DNA of 64,000 nucleotides. It comes from Octopus sinensis. Lineage: Eukaryota. The notes beneath the pieces were generated by a model. The model ran no database searches. It had not been told where the DNA came from and saw nothing but the letters and a program-made list of their open reading frames with translations. The translations under genes were made by a program, and so were the position numbers. Positions 14,485 to 28,383 of the stretch are shown one piece after another (position 1 is the first letter of the stretch; each line of letters starts with the position of its first letter). The stretch spans positions 82,956,001 through 83,020,000 of the forward strand of contig NC_043005.1 in the NCBI RefSeq assembly GCF_006345805.1, in the 5' to 3' direction.

Positions 14485-14624
14485 ATATATATATATATAT
14501 ACATATATACTTATATACATATATATATGTATATATATATGTACATATATATACAAATACATGTATACATATACACATATATTTATACATATATACATAT
14601 ACATACATATATGCATATATATAC

Positions 14625-14676
<52 letters not shown>

Positions 14677-14761
14677 ACATATATATACATATATATATAT
14701 ATGTATGTGTATGTATGTATGTGTATACATGCAAGTATGTATGTATAGATACGTGAATATG

Positions 14762-14797
<36 letters not shown>

Positions 14798-14840
14798 ATA
14801 TATATATACATACATATACATATGCATATACATATATATT
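13848..14840. repeat. (TA)n, (TATG)n and TA-rich microsatellites
   Basis: Arrays at 13848-14025 and 14450-14840. Confidence 0.95.
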
Positions 14841-16139
14841 GCTAGGTTTCCATATACACTGTTGTCCAGGTAATTATATATCCGGTGTCGAATATTCTAT
14901 GATATATCCTTGTGAAATATTATGCTTCAATTCTTGAGATTGATCTCTGACAAAACAGCGATAAATTACGCCTTTATTCCTTTATTCTATAGTTGCACTG
15001 TGCCTTTAATGCGTAAAGCAACAACTCTGTTCCAACTAACAGCTTGCTATGAAGAATCAATCTAATCTAAAAAGATACTAAAATCACAAAACAGACGAAA
15101 ATATTTATTGAAGCTTTATGTCCAGTCAAATAAATGTCTTTAAGCGTTTTGTTTTATTGAAAAAAATTATACTCATTTAGATTATCACATTTTATCGGCT
15201 TACTTTGATATACTAGATTTATCAACTATATATTTTGAAGATAATATAACTTGTTGTTTCCCCTTTTATTGAGTACGACGCAAGCAAATATATACAGCTA
15301 TTGTGTGATATTTGAATATTTTAACTTCTATTGATAATACATAAAATCCATACGGCTTTAGAAGTTGATAAGTCGAATTTTATTGTATCCATGGAATTTT
15401 ATAAGCTGTCAGGCACTCTGGGACTGAAACGCTTTCAAACTGGTACCATTCAATAAACAAAACATTTTACAGTTTCAGCTGCCAAAAAATTATCAATTGT
15501 TTTGCAGCAGGTGTTCTGAAGCTAGGATATATGTATTCTTTGCAGTACTTATAAAAATTACCTAAAGGTAGATTTGTAAAAAATTGTAAGTTTAACATAT
15601 TCACAACTGACTATTTTTCAATGATGCACCCTCAGATTTAGGGATTGATATTTATTTTTAAGAATAAGGATGAAATGTATTATTTGAAATAATTGAATTC
15701 CAAATATAATTAACAGAAATTATACGATGTCTTTTTGTAGTATATATCAAATGGTATTGTGTATTTTATACTATACCTCCACTTTACAATATATGGGCTA
15801 CACAGGGGATACACCAACACTGCCGAGCATGACAAAAAAGTACAGAGAAGAAACAGCTTGATATCTTTATTCTGCAGTAATTGTCCTCCGTATCATGACT
15901 ACGTTCGTGAAAGCAAAAACATTGTATGCGAGAAAATACTAGAGTTTTAGCTGAACTTATAACAACAATGGCACGGCCATTGGTAATTAATGGTAATTAA
16001 TAAAAAAAATAATAATTGTTAAATATGTTGTTTGAATTTCTTGAGCTCCAAATATAATTGATAACCTGGTGCACCTGAGCAATGTATACAATAATTTTAT
16101 TATATCATATATATAACCAAATATACATGCTTTTTCATC

Positions 16140-16399
16140 TTTTATCCTTTATATTTTACTTGTTTCAGTCACTTGGGTGGAGCTATGCTGGACCACCGCC
16201 TTGGAGGGTTTTACTCGAAAAGTCGACTCGAGGACTTATTTCTTAAGCCTAGCATTTATTCTATCGGTCTCTTTTTCCGAACAGCTAAGTTACGGGGTCA
16301 TAAAGACACCAATACCGATTGTCAAGCGATGATGGAGAGATAAACAAAGACACAAAGACACACCCATAGCATACATATACATATATATGCACGTATGCA

Positions 16400-16400
<1 letters not shown>
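16140..16400 (-). mobile_element. SINE family B 3' half (copied in + orientation at 17303-17560)
   Basis: CCCCGTAACTTAGC...GAGACCGATAGAATAA...AAGGCGGTGCTCCAGCAT...GACTGAAACAAGTAAAA matches 49200-49390. Confidence 0.85.
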
Positions 16401-16457
<57 letters not shown>

Positions 16458-16504
16458 ATATATATATTATATATATATATATATATGTATATACATATAT
16501 ATAT

Positions 16505-16557
<53 letters not shown>

Positions 16558-16559
<2 letters not shown>

Positions 16560-17237
16560 TGTTTCTTTATTAGCCACACAGGGCTGCACACAGATAGAAC
16601 AAATTACAAGGTAGAGCTTTTCTTTTGGGGGTAAAAAAAAAGGAGAGTGGTGGTTTTCGATCAAAAGGGATCGTAAAAGGAAAGAAAAAGGACAAAGAAG
16701 GGGAGGGGTTAAAAAAAAAGGTGGGGGAGAGAGAAAAAATAAAAATAAAAAATAAAAAATAAAAAATGAATAATAGGGATCGTTATCACAGAAATGTCAA
16801 TATGAAGTGTAAAGGGGAGGACAGGTGAGGTTTACCCGTGGAAAGAAAAGCCTACGGAAAAGACCACGGTAACCTCGGTCAATGAAGTCACATGTTATAT
16901 TTCTTTTTTTTTTTTTTGCAAATAAGCAACTCTCTGTATTAATTTTTATGGTTCATAGAATCATAGTCAAGGTGGCTTCGTCATTCATACGTGCCATCGT
17001 TGCTACATTCACCCATCTTTTTTTAAAACATTCACTAGAAAAAACTTGCCTCTCTACTCTCACTTTCCTCTTCAAGTGATACTTGAAGAAGTTGATGAGA
17101 GATTGACCAGAGAGGAAAGTGTTTGTCTCTAATCCTTTCAGGCGCGTCCACCAGATACATTCTTTCGCCATAGCCACAAGTATGATAAAAATAGCTCTTC
17201 CTTCCCGTTTGAAGGAAGGAGGCGTGACGATATTAAC

Positions 17238-17243
<6 letters not shown>
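16558..17243 (-). mobile_element. L1-Tx1 LINE copy 1, 5'-truncated (ORF2 C-terminus plus 3' UTR)
   Basis: Peptide IVNIVTPPSFKREGRAIFIILVAMAKECIWWTRLKG is almost identical to copy 3; same 3' UTR; (TAGA)n on both sides. Confidence 0.92.
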
Positions 17244-17304
<61 letters not shown>

Positions 17305-17739
17305 TGCATACGTGCATATATATGTATATGTATGCTATGGGTGTGTCTTTGTGTCTTTGTTTATCTCTCCATCACCGCTTGACAATCGGTATTGGTGTCT
17401 TTATGACCCCGTAACTTAGCTGTTCGGAAAAAGAGACCGATAGAATAAATGCTAGGCTTAAGAAATAAGTCCTCGAGTCGACTTTTCGAGTAAAACCCTC
17501 CAAGGCGGTGCTCCAGCATAGCTCCAGCCAAATGACTGAAACAAGTAAAATATAAAGGATAAAAGATGAAAAAGCATGTATATTTGGTTATCAATTATAT
17601 TTGGAGTTCAAGAAATTCAAACAACATATTTAACAATTATTTTTTTTTCTATTAATTACCATTAATTACCAATGGCCGTGCCATTGTTGTTATAAGTTCA
17701 GCTAAAACTCTAGTGTTTTCTCGCATACAATATATATAG

Positions 17740-17849
<110 letters not shown>

Positions 17850-17959
17850 TATTATATATATGTATGTATATATATATATATACTTTATATATATATATTT
17901 TATATGTATATATGTATATATAACAGGTTTTGTTGAATTTTCTGCTGCTTTAAATAAAG

Positions 17960-17998
<39 letters not shown>

Positions 17999-20389
17999 TA
18001 TATATATGTATACACACGACGGGCCTCTTTCATTTAGCGTCTACCAAGCCTTTGCTTGACCCGAGGCTACAGTAGAAGACACATAACGAATGTGTCACGC
18101 AGTGGGACTGGCTCCGGAACTATGCGGTTGAAAACCAAGCTTCTTAGCATCCAGCTACATCACCGCCTATGTTTTGCTTTTGTTTGTTTGTTTCTTTTTT
18201 GTGTATGTGTCAACAATTGAATGTTTAAAGTATCCAATCGTCTTACAATATATAGATTTTGTTGATACGCCAAAACTGCTGATAACCGAGTGCGCTGGAA
18301 CAAATAGTTTGATAAAATGTGTTCTATGGCATCTGTTTCTTTCATATCATCATTACGTTCATAAAAACAAAAATCCAGCATAAGGTGAGAACATATTTGA
18401 ATATTAGGATCTAACACAAATCAGTCTACGTTCAAATATACTTAATTGTAATTTATTAAAAATATCACTAAATATGCCGTCTAAAAGTTTATGATGGGCT
18501 TGAGTTAAAAATTAGATCACTGACATGTGTCACGTCTTCATTAAGTAAAACATTATTCTACTATTCTACTTTTAATCTCGAAACCTTATTCTAAAAATTT
18601 GATTGTCTGTGAAATTTAATCCTGTATACAAACGTTCAATTATCAAACTGGATATTAACCTTCTTAATCTTGATCTGGTCTGTCTTCCTTCATCCCGAGC
18701 ACTCATTTATTTGAAATCTAGAATATAATTCATGGTAACTGGTTTCATCAGTTTGTTGGTTTTGACCGGATATCCCAAGCAGGAGATTACGCGTTCCTTT
18801 TATCGAGTAATCTTTAATATTGGGAATCGTTTCTTGGTTCAACATAGTCGTCTTTGTATTAGGGTGTTTCATTTTATTTCTTTTATACAATGTTCATTTC
18901 AGTGCCCCTTTTTAATGTAAGAGTGAATTTTAAACAAATCAGTTTTACTGTTCTATTCTGTTAATGACATATGTCACCTCATCTGTTGTCATTCTAACAA
19001 ATAAAGAAATTATATGCAACTTCGTTTTCCAGACAATAGCCATGCCATTGCTTTTAACACAGTACTCCTGGATGATTAAAGAGCTGGATGGGAGCTGATG
19101 AAGGCATATATACACCTATTATCCTTTTCTCATCTTCGGACTCATTGTGTGTTTACACCTGACGTCTCGTATACGAAACGTCATAGTAAAAATGAGTTCT
19201 GGCTATAATTTCTATAGAATATCTGTAAATATAACATTGACAAGTAATGTAAAAGCGCGTTGCTAAAACAGTGGAACGCGATATTGACTTATGAAAACGT
19301 TTCATAAACTGTATTGTAAATTATGGGTGCATTACGAAAGATCGCGTATCTAAAAGTCATTAGTGTTTACGTTTAATATGTAAAATTGGTATATCCAATA
19401 ACCAAACACCGCTGTATACAGTGGCTATTTAAGCAATGTGTTCGAGGATGATCAAAGTGTTGGATGGGTGCATATGAAGTGGAACCCCCCACCCCGGAAA
19501 TCTGGCATATTCACTTCGATCTCATTGTTTGTTTACATCTGACGTCTCGTATATGAAACGCCGTAGCAAAAGTCAGTGCTGGTTATAATTTGTATAGAAT
19601 ATCTATAGAGATAACCATAGCATTCTAATGTTCTGCTGTTACAGTGTATAACTCTATAAAATGTTTGCAATTTGTTTGCAGAAGTATGCCTTACTGAGTA
19701 TGGCTTCTCTAAAGCTATGTTTATTTAAAATAGCATTTACAGAGGATATTCAGTATTCGAGTGTCTGTAGTCTTATATGTGCTTGGTTATGCTGTATTTA
19801 ATTATCATACAATATGTATTTTCATTAAAATTTTCTTAGAATGTTTATATAATGTTATCTACGTTATTTTACTTGCTGCGCTACATAGAATATCTAGTCT
19901 ACATTTAATTTACTTCTCCGGGTGACTGCTTATTCTAGGGTAACTGCTAGTTTGTAAATATAGATAGTTTATTTAACCCAACATAGTCTTTTGTTGTGAA
20001 CATGCAACTGTTTAGGAAATTGTTTAACCTGATGATAGCGTCGGATATCATAATATTATTATGATTGTAATTGTTTTTGATGTTATTACGCTAACGGTAT
20101 ACTATTTCATTTTGCGCATTGCTGAAAGCATGCTTTAATCTTAAGAGGGGATATCGTAAACATAAATCTACAATCAGACTGATTTTTGAAAACTGATAGA
20201 TTCACCGTTTAATTCATGCCCGGCTAATATGGAATAATTACAAAAATTTCAGTTGCTATAGAGATCGGATTTGTCACTACTGAAGAAATGTCACCACTGA
20301 AGAAATGTCACCACTGAAGAAATGTCACCATAAGAAGTAAAGTTTTCATTATTAACATTGCTAATGCTATCTTCGTCGGTAACAGTAAC

Positions 20390-20586
20390 ATTAGTTTCGA
20401 ATTTTCGCACAGGACCGGCTGTTTTTGAAGGGAGAGGAATTCGATCACATCGACCACAGTGCTTGATTTATTTTAACTCGAAAGGATGAAAGACAAAGTC
20501 GAGTTCAGAACGTGAACACGGACGAACAAAATGCCGCTCAGCATATTATCCGGCGTGCTAATGATTCTACCAGCTGGCAACCTTTA
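20390..20586 (-). mobile_element. SINE family A
   Basis: GGATGAAAGACAAAGTCGAG...GTGCTAATGATTCTACCAGCT. Confidence 0.8.
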
Positions 20587-20643
20587 TCAATATCCGTATC
20601 ATTAACAACGCTAAAAATAATATTTTTATTGTTAAAATCAATT

Positions 20644-20830
20644 TAGGCGGTGAGCTGGAAGAATCGTTAGCGTGCCGTACAAAATGTTTAGTGGTATTTC
20701 GTCCGTCTGTATGTTCTAAGTTCAAAATCCGCCGAGATCGAATTGCATTTTATCGTCGAGCAATGAGGCTGATACAGCCTACGAACCCTCTCCCCACAAA
20801 TCACAGGCTTTATGCCTACAGTAGAAAGAA
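20644..20830 (+). mobile_element. SINE family A
   Basis: TAGGCGGTGAGCTGGAAGAATCGTTAGCGTGCCG...GTTCTAAGTTCAAAATCCGCCGAG. Confidence 0.85.
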
Positions 20831-21261
20831 TTATTATCATCATTCCTATCATTTCTTCTGTTTATAAGAGCACTCAATATTTCCAGTGCTCTGTACCAAA
20901 GTCGGCGAAGGGCAAAATCATGGGGTATTGTGAGCCAACTAAAGAAATAGGGTTCCCTGTTATAGCAAAGTCGATACCAAAATTTGAGAAATATCAGGAT
21001 CTAGCCAAAGAGCTGGTGAAATAGTAGAAGACAAAAAGAAACTAATTATTTCTGTACTTGGCTCAGCCCGAAAACGCTACCTGAAATGCTACTATCCAAT
21101 ATTCCGCAAGAATACTGAGAAAGGGTCTTGATATTTGAGGAGAATTGTTGTCACCAAACCTAAGGAGATAAAATACCTGCTAAATAAATTAGTATACCGT
21201 TAGCGTAATAACATCAACAACAACTACAATCAAAATAATAATAATAATAATAATAATAATA

Positions 21262-21728
21262 GTGTTATAAAAGATGGGCTACAACAAATATTTTGCTTAA
21301 TACCACAGATTTGCTTGTCAGTTGCTTGACCTTAACCAGTTGAGCAATGTCCCTTAGTGATTGACGATATGTGCATCTCTAATCACAAGCAGAAGTAGTG
21401 GGGGAGCATCATAGCCATGTGCTTAGAGGAATTCTTTGGGGTTTGGATAATTCACCTTTGGAAGCATGGATGTTTTGTTCAATATCCTCGAACAACCCTT
21501 ATTCAGGGACATCTTGAGCGGGATGGGCTACTCAACCTGAAGATAATTCTAACTGGGCTCCACCTGCAAAGTTATGTGCTGTTTATCTTGATATGAGACC
21601 ACCATGTCGCACACATATGGTTGTGATGTATGTGCCTGGTGTACCCTTATTAGACGGGTAGTCATGATGGGTATACTGGGCTTCGTATATTTAACCCCAC
21701 TTTGATGACATGCACTGCTCTCTCACTC
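21262..21728 (+). mobile_element. Interspersed repeat, probably the 3' UTR of a non-LTR retrotransposon ending in (AAT)n
   Basis: GC-richer non-coding block ending CACTGCTCTCTCACTC then (AAT)n; (AAT)n also upstream; recognised from memory as a frequent octopus repeat. Confidence 0.5.
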
Positions 21729-21775
<47 letters not shown>

Positions 21776-21786
21776 TAATAATAATA

Positions 21787-21974
21787 CTTTCTACTGTAGG
21801 CACAAAACCTGAAATGTTTGTGGGGAGAAGACTAGTCGATGATATTGACCCCAGTGTTCCACTGGTACTTGATTTATCGACCTGAAAGGACGAAAGGCAA
21901 AGTCGACCTCGGCGGAATTTGAACTCAGAACGCAGGGACGGGCGAAATACTGCTACGCATTCCGTCCAGCTTAC

Positions 21975-22005
<31 letters not shown>

Positions 22006-22158
22006 AAGAAGAGAAGAAGGAAGAAGACAAGAAGAAGAAGAAGAAGAAGAAAGAAGAGAAGAAGAAGAACAAGAAGAAGAGAGAAGAAGAAGAAGAAGAA
22101 GAAGAAGAAGAAGAAGAAGAAGAAGAAGAAGAAGAAGAAGAAGAAGAAGAAGAAGAAG

Positions 22159-22190
<32 letters not shown>

Positions 22191-22563
22191 CCTGTTATCT
22201 TAGCGAAGAAGTCTATTCGATTACATCGATCCCAGTATGCAACCGGCGAAATTTGAGCTTAGAACGCTAAGGCAGACGAAATGTCACTAAACCTTCGTCC
22301 GGCGTATCAATGATTCCGCCAGCTAATCGGCTTCATGATGATGATAATAATCATAATAATACTTTCTACTGAAGGCTCAAATTTGAAGGGAGGGAACTAG
22401 TCGATTACATCGATCCTGTGACTCACTGGTATTTTATCTATCGACCTCAAAAGGATACGGCAAGGTCGACCTCGGAGGAATTTGAACTCAGAACGCAGTG
22501 ACGAGCGAAATACCGCTAAGCATTTCGCCCGACCTGCTAACAATTCTGCCAGCCCGCCGCCTT
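21787..22563 (-). mobile_element. Stack of three SINE family A copies (21787-21975, 22205-22333, 22363-22563) with an (AAG)n tract between the first two
   Basis: Repeated GTCGACCTCGGCGGAATTTGAACTCAGAACG core. Confidence 0.85.
21976..22188. repeat. (AAG)n polypurine microsatellite
   Basis: Direct reading. Confidence 0.97.
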
Positions 22564-22596
22564 AATAATAATTACAACAACAACAACAATTACAGC

Positions 22597-22637
<41 letters not shown>

Positions 22638-24359
22638 GTTGCCCTAATAGTAATTTATCGCATTGCCTATCACATCGTAATTGGTCTGCTGAGCATCAAT
22701 GTCATACATCAGCAGACATCATCAACAGTGTGTTCACTTTGAAAATTCAAAGTGCTTAAATATTGGCACAAGAGATAGAGATAGATGGATAAATATAGAT
22801 ACATACATACACACATACATACATACATACATACATACATACATACATACATACATACATACATACATACATACATACATACATACATACATACATACAT
22901 TCATGTAGACAAATATACAAAACACGGACATTCTTACGTAAATACAAACAGGATGACATAATTACAAGACCATATCAACTCTAATACAATATTAGAGAGA
23001 GAGAGTGGACAGGATAGAGGAGAGAGACCGAAAACAGAAAATAAGCAAAATAATTGAAATTCTATACAGTGAGTTATAGAAACGGAGGTAAAATACTATA
23101 GCAGGAAACACAAGATGGAAAACTGCTAAGATTACATTATAATCGTATTTTGAAAGTAAGCACACCATTTAGTGTAGGAAGCTCCTGGCACAGGAAGTGT
23201 ACGATGGTAGTTCGTTTGCCTGTTGAAATATTTCATTCAATTGCTCTTCATACGAGCGATTTCCGGTTTTATTGAATAATCTTCAGAGATAGATGCTTCC
23301 ACAAGGTGGCTTCCTGTTGTCACTATACACGATGTTGAATCTTTCGATTATGATGCAATAGCGTATTGAGAGATACATGTGATTTTCATTCACGCTTTGA
23401 ATACTACGCACGCATATATATATATACAAATATATATATAAACACTTGCAGACATAAATATAAATACATAGAAACAGACTGAAGACTAACAGTATGTCAT
23501 TAATATTATCAATAGCTATTGAACCAACATCAGCAAGCTCTTAGTGGGAAAGCGGGTACATAGATCAATATATGTGTATGTGTATCTGTGTATATTTAAA
23601 GACATAGTTACCTCCTTCCCTCTCTATCTGAGTGCATGTGTCTGTGTGTGTCTGTGTGTCTGTGAAGACGCACGGCTTAGTGGTTAAGCTGTTGCACTCA
23701 CGATCGCTAGATCACGGGTTCGATTCCCAAAGCTGTGCAGCACGTTGTGTTGTTGAGCAACACGTTTCATTTCGATCAGGAGTACAAGAATGTTGTCTTG
23801 TTCGCCTCGCCAGTGGGATGGTGTCTTTCGAAGGCTAAAGCGATGCCAAGTGCATTATGACCAGCAATGTATAACAGTATCAGATAGTCTGGTCGGTTAC
23901 GCGATATATAAATATTTATTGCAGTAAATATAAAAAACAACTTTATTGAGACGTAAGGTTATGGAATTTTTTCTTATCGAAATATATTTTAAACAATTCT
24001 TTTCATATTTCACAGTAGGCGACCAGTGTTGCCGAGTGTGCGAATAAGTATACAAGAGTTAAGGAATGGGGTAGATAAGATCCGGACTACATATGTTTCA
24101 TAGCAGGCTGAACCTAGGAAGTGGTAAATATCCAAGTGAGGTTTATACTGCAGGCTATTCTTCAGGCCAAAGATGCCTTGATTAAATGAAGGCTTGGATT
24201 GCCGCAAGGAGATACATGTTAACACGTGGAAGATTCAATCAGACTCTTGTGTGTGTGTGTATATATTATATACATATATACATACATACATATATATATA
24301 TACATACACACATACATGTATGTATTATATATGTGTGTATATATATATATTATATATAT

Positions 24360-24411
<52 letters not shown>

Positions 24412-24730
24412 TATATACATATATACATAGAACATATAAACATATATGTATGTATTATATGTGTGTATGTATATTATATTTTTTTTGTTTCATTCATCGG
24501 ATTGCTGACAGGCTCAGGAGACGTCTTGAAGGGCTGTGTGCCATATATCAACAAGAGTAATTACATTACATGTCCCTTACTGTTTTATCACTCTTTTAAA
24601 CCGAACTGCTATGTAACGAAGACATAAACAAATTAAAACGGCAGGTTCAAACATACAGGCACACACCGATACACATCAAACACATGCAGACACACTAACG
24701 CACACGCACACACACACGCACATACATATG

Positions 24731-24845
24731 CAATCAGAAAACCACTACTTTCAGAACAAACGTTTAGAGTGGAATAAAAACCTACAGAATTGGTCCCTAG
24801 AGCAGTGGAAGAATGTTATTTTCTCGGACGAATCGGTCAAGAACT
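24731..24845 (+). pseudogene. Tc1-type transposase fragment
   Basis: RKPLLSEQ then RLEWNKNLQNWSLEQWKNVIFSDES, resembling the Tc1 W..VIFSDES motif at the first catalytic Asp. Confidence 0.75.
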
Positions 24846-26733
24846 GTTCCCAACGTTGGATCAGACGGTGAAATAGGATGGTCACTATTATGAATGCTAG
24901 GATGTTTTTTGTTTAAATCCGACAAATTTGGCAAATAAGTGCCAAAATATTGCAAAACATTTCACTCAACAATATAGTTTAACAACGGTTGTCTTTCACT
25001 TTCTGACTACAAAATCCACTCACAAGTCATTAGTCGACCTGAGGCTATGCCAGAAGATATTATTCAAAGTGTCACGCAGTGTGATTGAATACTGAACCAT
25101 GTGGCTGGGAATGAAAATTTTTACCACAGAGCCACACCTGCGCTTGCAAAAAGAACTTATGGAACAAGGCATAAATCAAATGCCATCATAACGACGCCAA
25201 AGGAAATCTTTAAAACATTTTATTTCCACTTTGTCGACCAAAAGATATTGCAATGTGCTAATTCATCAAAACATAAGAAGTAAATCTACCTGTTATTTTT
25301 TCATAGTAAAATCTAGTTCTGAGATATTAATGAAGAAAGTGTTCTAAGTTGTGAAAGAATGAATACGTTCATGTGATGGATAGAGAGAATACTAAATCTG
25401 TACACACCATTTCTAACTGAATTGTGTCAGTAAAGGCAGTGTGCCGTCTGTAAAATGCAAACTAGAACACGTAACATTGCACAACCACCTCGTAAAAGGT
25501 GTTATCGTCTTCAAGCAGAGCATACCCACAATGCTACGACGACAATATAGATATATGGGTGCTCTACGTAGCTGGCTTAGCCATTATTCTTCTTACTCTA
25601 ACAAACTATACATGTTGCGTAAAAATCATTTACTTCCATGCTCGAAATCATGTTTGACTTCAAAATCATGTCTGACTCGAAATCATGTTTGACTCGAAAT
25701 CATGTTTGACTCGCTCGAAATCATGTCTGATCATAAACGAACGCATATCATTCAATTTTGCCTCTCCATATACGTTCGACGTCATAATCGAGATGTAAAA
25801 TGAGCAGTATACTGTATCGATGTTTATTCAATTTGGAGCAGACAATCAATTTCAGTTATCAGCAACCGACTTAAATTGCAAGTATAATGAGTAACACAAG
25901 TAAAATGATTCTGCAGAGAAATCATACAAGCTTCACCACCAGTGGGTTAATCATGAGAATACAATGTTGATAATGACAAAACAACATAACTAGTTTTATT
26001 ATACGAAATACATTGTCTATACAATATCGAGTTTTTCATTTCAGTGTACATCGCTTGAGATATGAATCTTCGTATAGAAACAAAATGTTGTAGAATTTAT
26101 TGTTCATGTCAATATTGTTCAGTTGATTCGTAACATCCAGCCAAAATACCATTTACTGAATATATTTCATTCCGCTTAAAATTTAGTTTTCAATAGTTTG
26201 CTTAAATGTATGTATGTATGTATGTATGTATGTATGTATGTATGTTGTATGTATGTATGTATTATGAAGGTGCGTGGCTTAGTGGTTAGGGTATTGTGCT
26301 AACGATTGTAAGTCGTGCTTTCCATTTACGGTAGCACATTGTGTCATTGAACAAGACGTTTATTTTACGTTGCTCCATTCCTCTCAGCTGACAAAATTGA
26401 GTAGTACCTGCATTTCAAAGGGCCTGCCTTGTCGTAGGCTCTATTACGCTGAATCTCCCTGGGAACTACATAAATGTAAGCCTACTTGTGGAGTGCTCAA
26501 CCACTTGCACGCTAATTTAAATGTGGGGGGAGTGCGTGTGTGTGCGAGCGCTTGTTTATGAATACGTGTGTTGTGGATGTGTGTGTGTATGTATATATAA
26601 GATTATTATTTGGTCAAATACAGCTTATCGTAGTATATACAGTATCGTAGGCTCGTCCAACGGACCTAACTCAGATTCGTGAAACTTCGACCAAATATAT
26701 TGAGTGATACTTTCTTTCGTTTGTTTATTCACT

Positions 26734-26827
<94 letters not shown>

Positions 26828-27249
26828 ACACGTATGTGTAATTAGTTTCAATAATTGGTTCGTTACTACGAAAATGTGAGACAGGTTTACAGTTGCGTGT
26901 TACTCCTTCTATCAAGCGAAGAAACAAATTATTTCGTGAATGTAGTTTCATAATCAACAAGTAATTATAACAGACATTCGATTATTGAACTAATCAGGAA
27001 GTGAATATTTTAGAACAAGTAAGGAAAATTTTCTGTAAAGAGTCAATCAGACGAGATGATTTATCAGACGTTTAATTATTTTTATTACTAATATTACGGC
27101 AGTGAATCACAGAATATATTGGGCACTGATATTACTGAAAAGTTTAGTATTCATGATATGCCTATGACAAATAATACAGTTTTAACCAATCGTTCTTCTC
27201 AAAAAGATTTGAACTTATATATGCAAAATAATGAAGCTGCCATCATATT

Positions 27250-27457
27250 GGTTTCAAATCTTCACACAAGGCCAGCAATTTTAGGGGAGGTGCAAGTCGA
27301 TTACATCAACCCCCGCGTTCACCTGGTACATTTTATTGACTCAGGAAAGATGATAGGCAAATTGAATTTCGGTGGAATTCGAACTCAGAACTTAAAACGA
27401 AATAAATGCCGCAAAGCATATCGCCCGGTGTGCTGAAGATTCTGCTAGTTCAACGCC
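27250..27457 (-). mobile_element. SINE family A
   Basis: GTCGATTACATCAAC...GGAATTCGAACTCAGAAC. Confidence 0.8.
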
Positions 27458-28257
27458 ATGATGGAGCTACCATCATATTAACTATGTACATGTTTACAGC
27501 TGTAGTGAATCACTCTGAATACTACTGTCTCGAGCCCTAGAACTCTTAGAGCCAGTAACTCAGTTTCTACGACCTATAAGAAACCGATATCACTATATTC
27601 TCCCTCAATGGGAAGCCAGTCTCATGCAGGGATACTCATTTGCATATGAAGGGATTGGAGAAACGTCCGGTCCTGAAATCGAAACCACTATCTTGCAATC
27701 GAAATTACAATACCAGAATTAGTAGACGACTGAATATCTAATAACTATATGATTATGTGTTCTAGTTAAATTTTCGTTGCGGTCATGACGTATGAAATTT
27801 ATTGAATACTGTTAAACTATTCCACTGATATTTTGTCATTCTCCCGATCCGTCATCTGTAATATATACTTCGGTTGACCGGAAAATATACAAGATTATCA
27901 GGAGTCTTATATGGAGGTAGGTGAGTCAATGGTGGGTCGAGACGGGGATATGATTTTAATTACCATTCGACAGCAATTCGTTACAAAAACACTGAGAACA
28001 CCAATGAGATAGGCATGAATGTCAAAATATATAATCTCTTCTATTTCCTAAAATATAAAGTATCTATAACTTGGAAACATGAAACCAAGAATGTGCAGCA
28101 TTATGGTCTCATATAGAGCAAGAATTAAGCTGTCATCAAGCCGTGGTGTCGAGAATGATACGATTATTCAATGAAGCCAATATACTTCTCTTCTGTCACT
28201 ATTTTCATCGAGAATGACATAAAAGTTATAGCATTCCATAGCTACTCTAACTAGAAT

Positions 28258-28273
28258 ATATTATTATTATTAT

Positions 28274-28363
<90 letters not shown>

Positions 28364-28383
28364 GAGGAGGAGGAGGAGGAGGG
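28258..28383. repeat. Compound (TAT)(TAG)(GAG)n microsatellite
   Basis: Direct reading. Confidence 0.95.

Larger units (their letters stand above)
15921..17731. repeat. Large inverted duplication: arms 15921-16457 and 17239-17731
   Basis: Right arm is the reverse complement of the left, including non-SINE flank, with a few substitutions and a 52-bp deletion. Confidence 0.93.

Noticed and set aside
15878-15923. 46-nt AG/GTATGC micro-exon (NCPPYHDYVRESKNI)
   Set aside because: Such signals arise by chance in 64 kb; no homology or partner exon
21919-22203. Poly-Lys/Arg ORF resembling a protamine
   Set aside because: Translation of (AAG)n plus SINE sequence
25641-25730. CRISPR-like appearance of short repeats
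   Set aside because: Units are contiguous without unique spacers, the context is eukaryotic, and no cas genes are present
27880-28020. EVGESMVG resembling the piggyBac VDESM motif
   Set aside because: Surrounding residues do not follow the transposase pattern well enough
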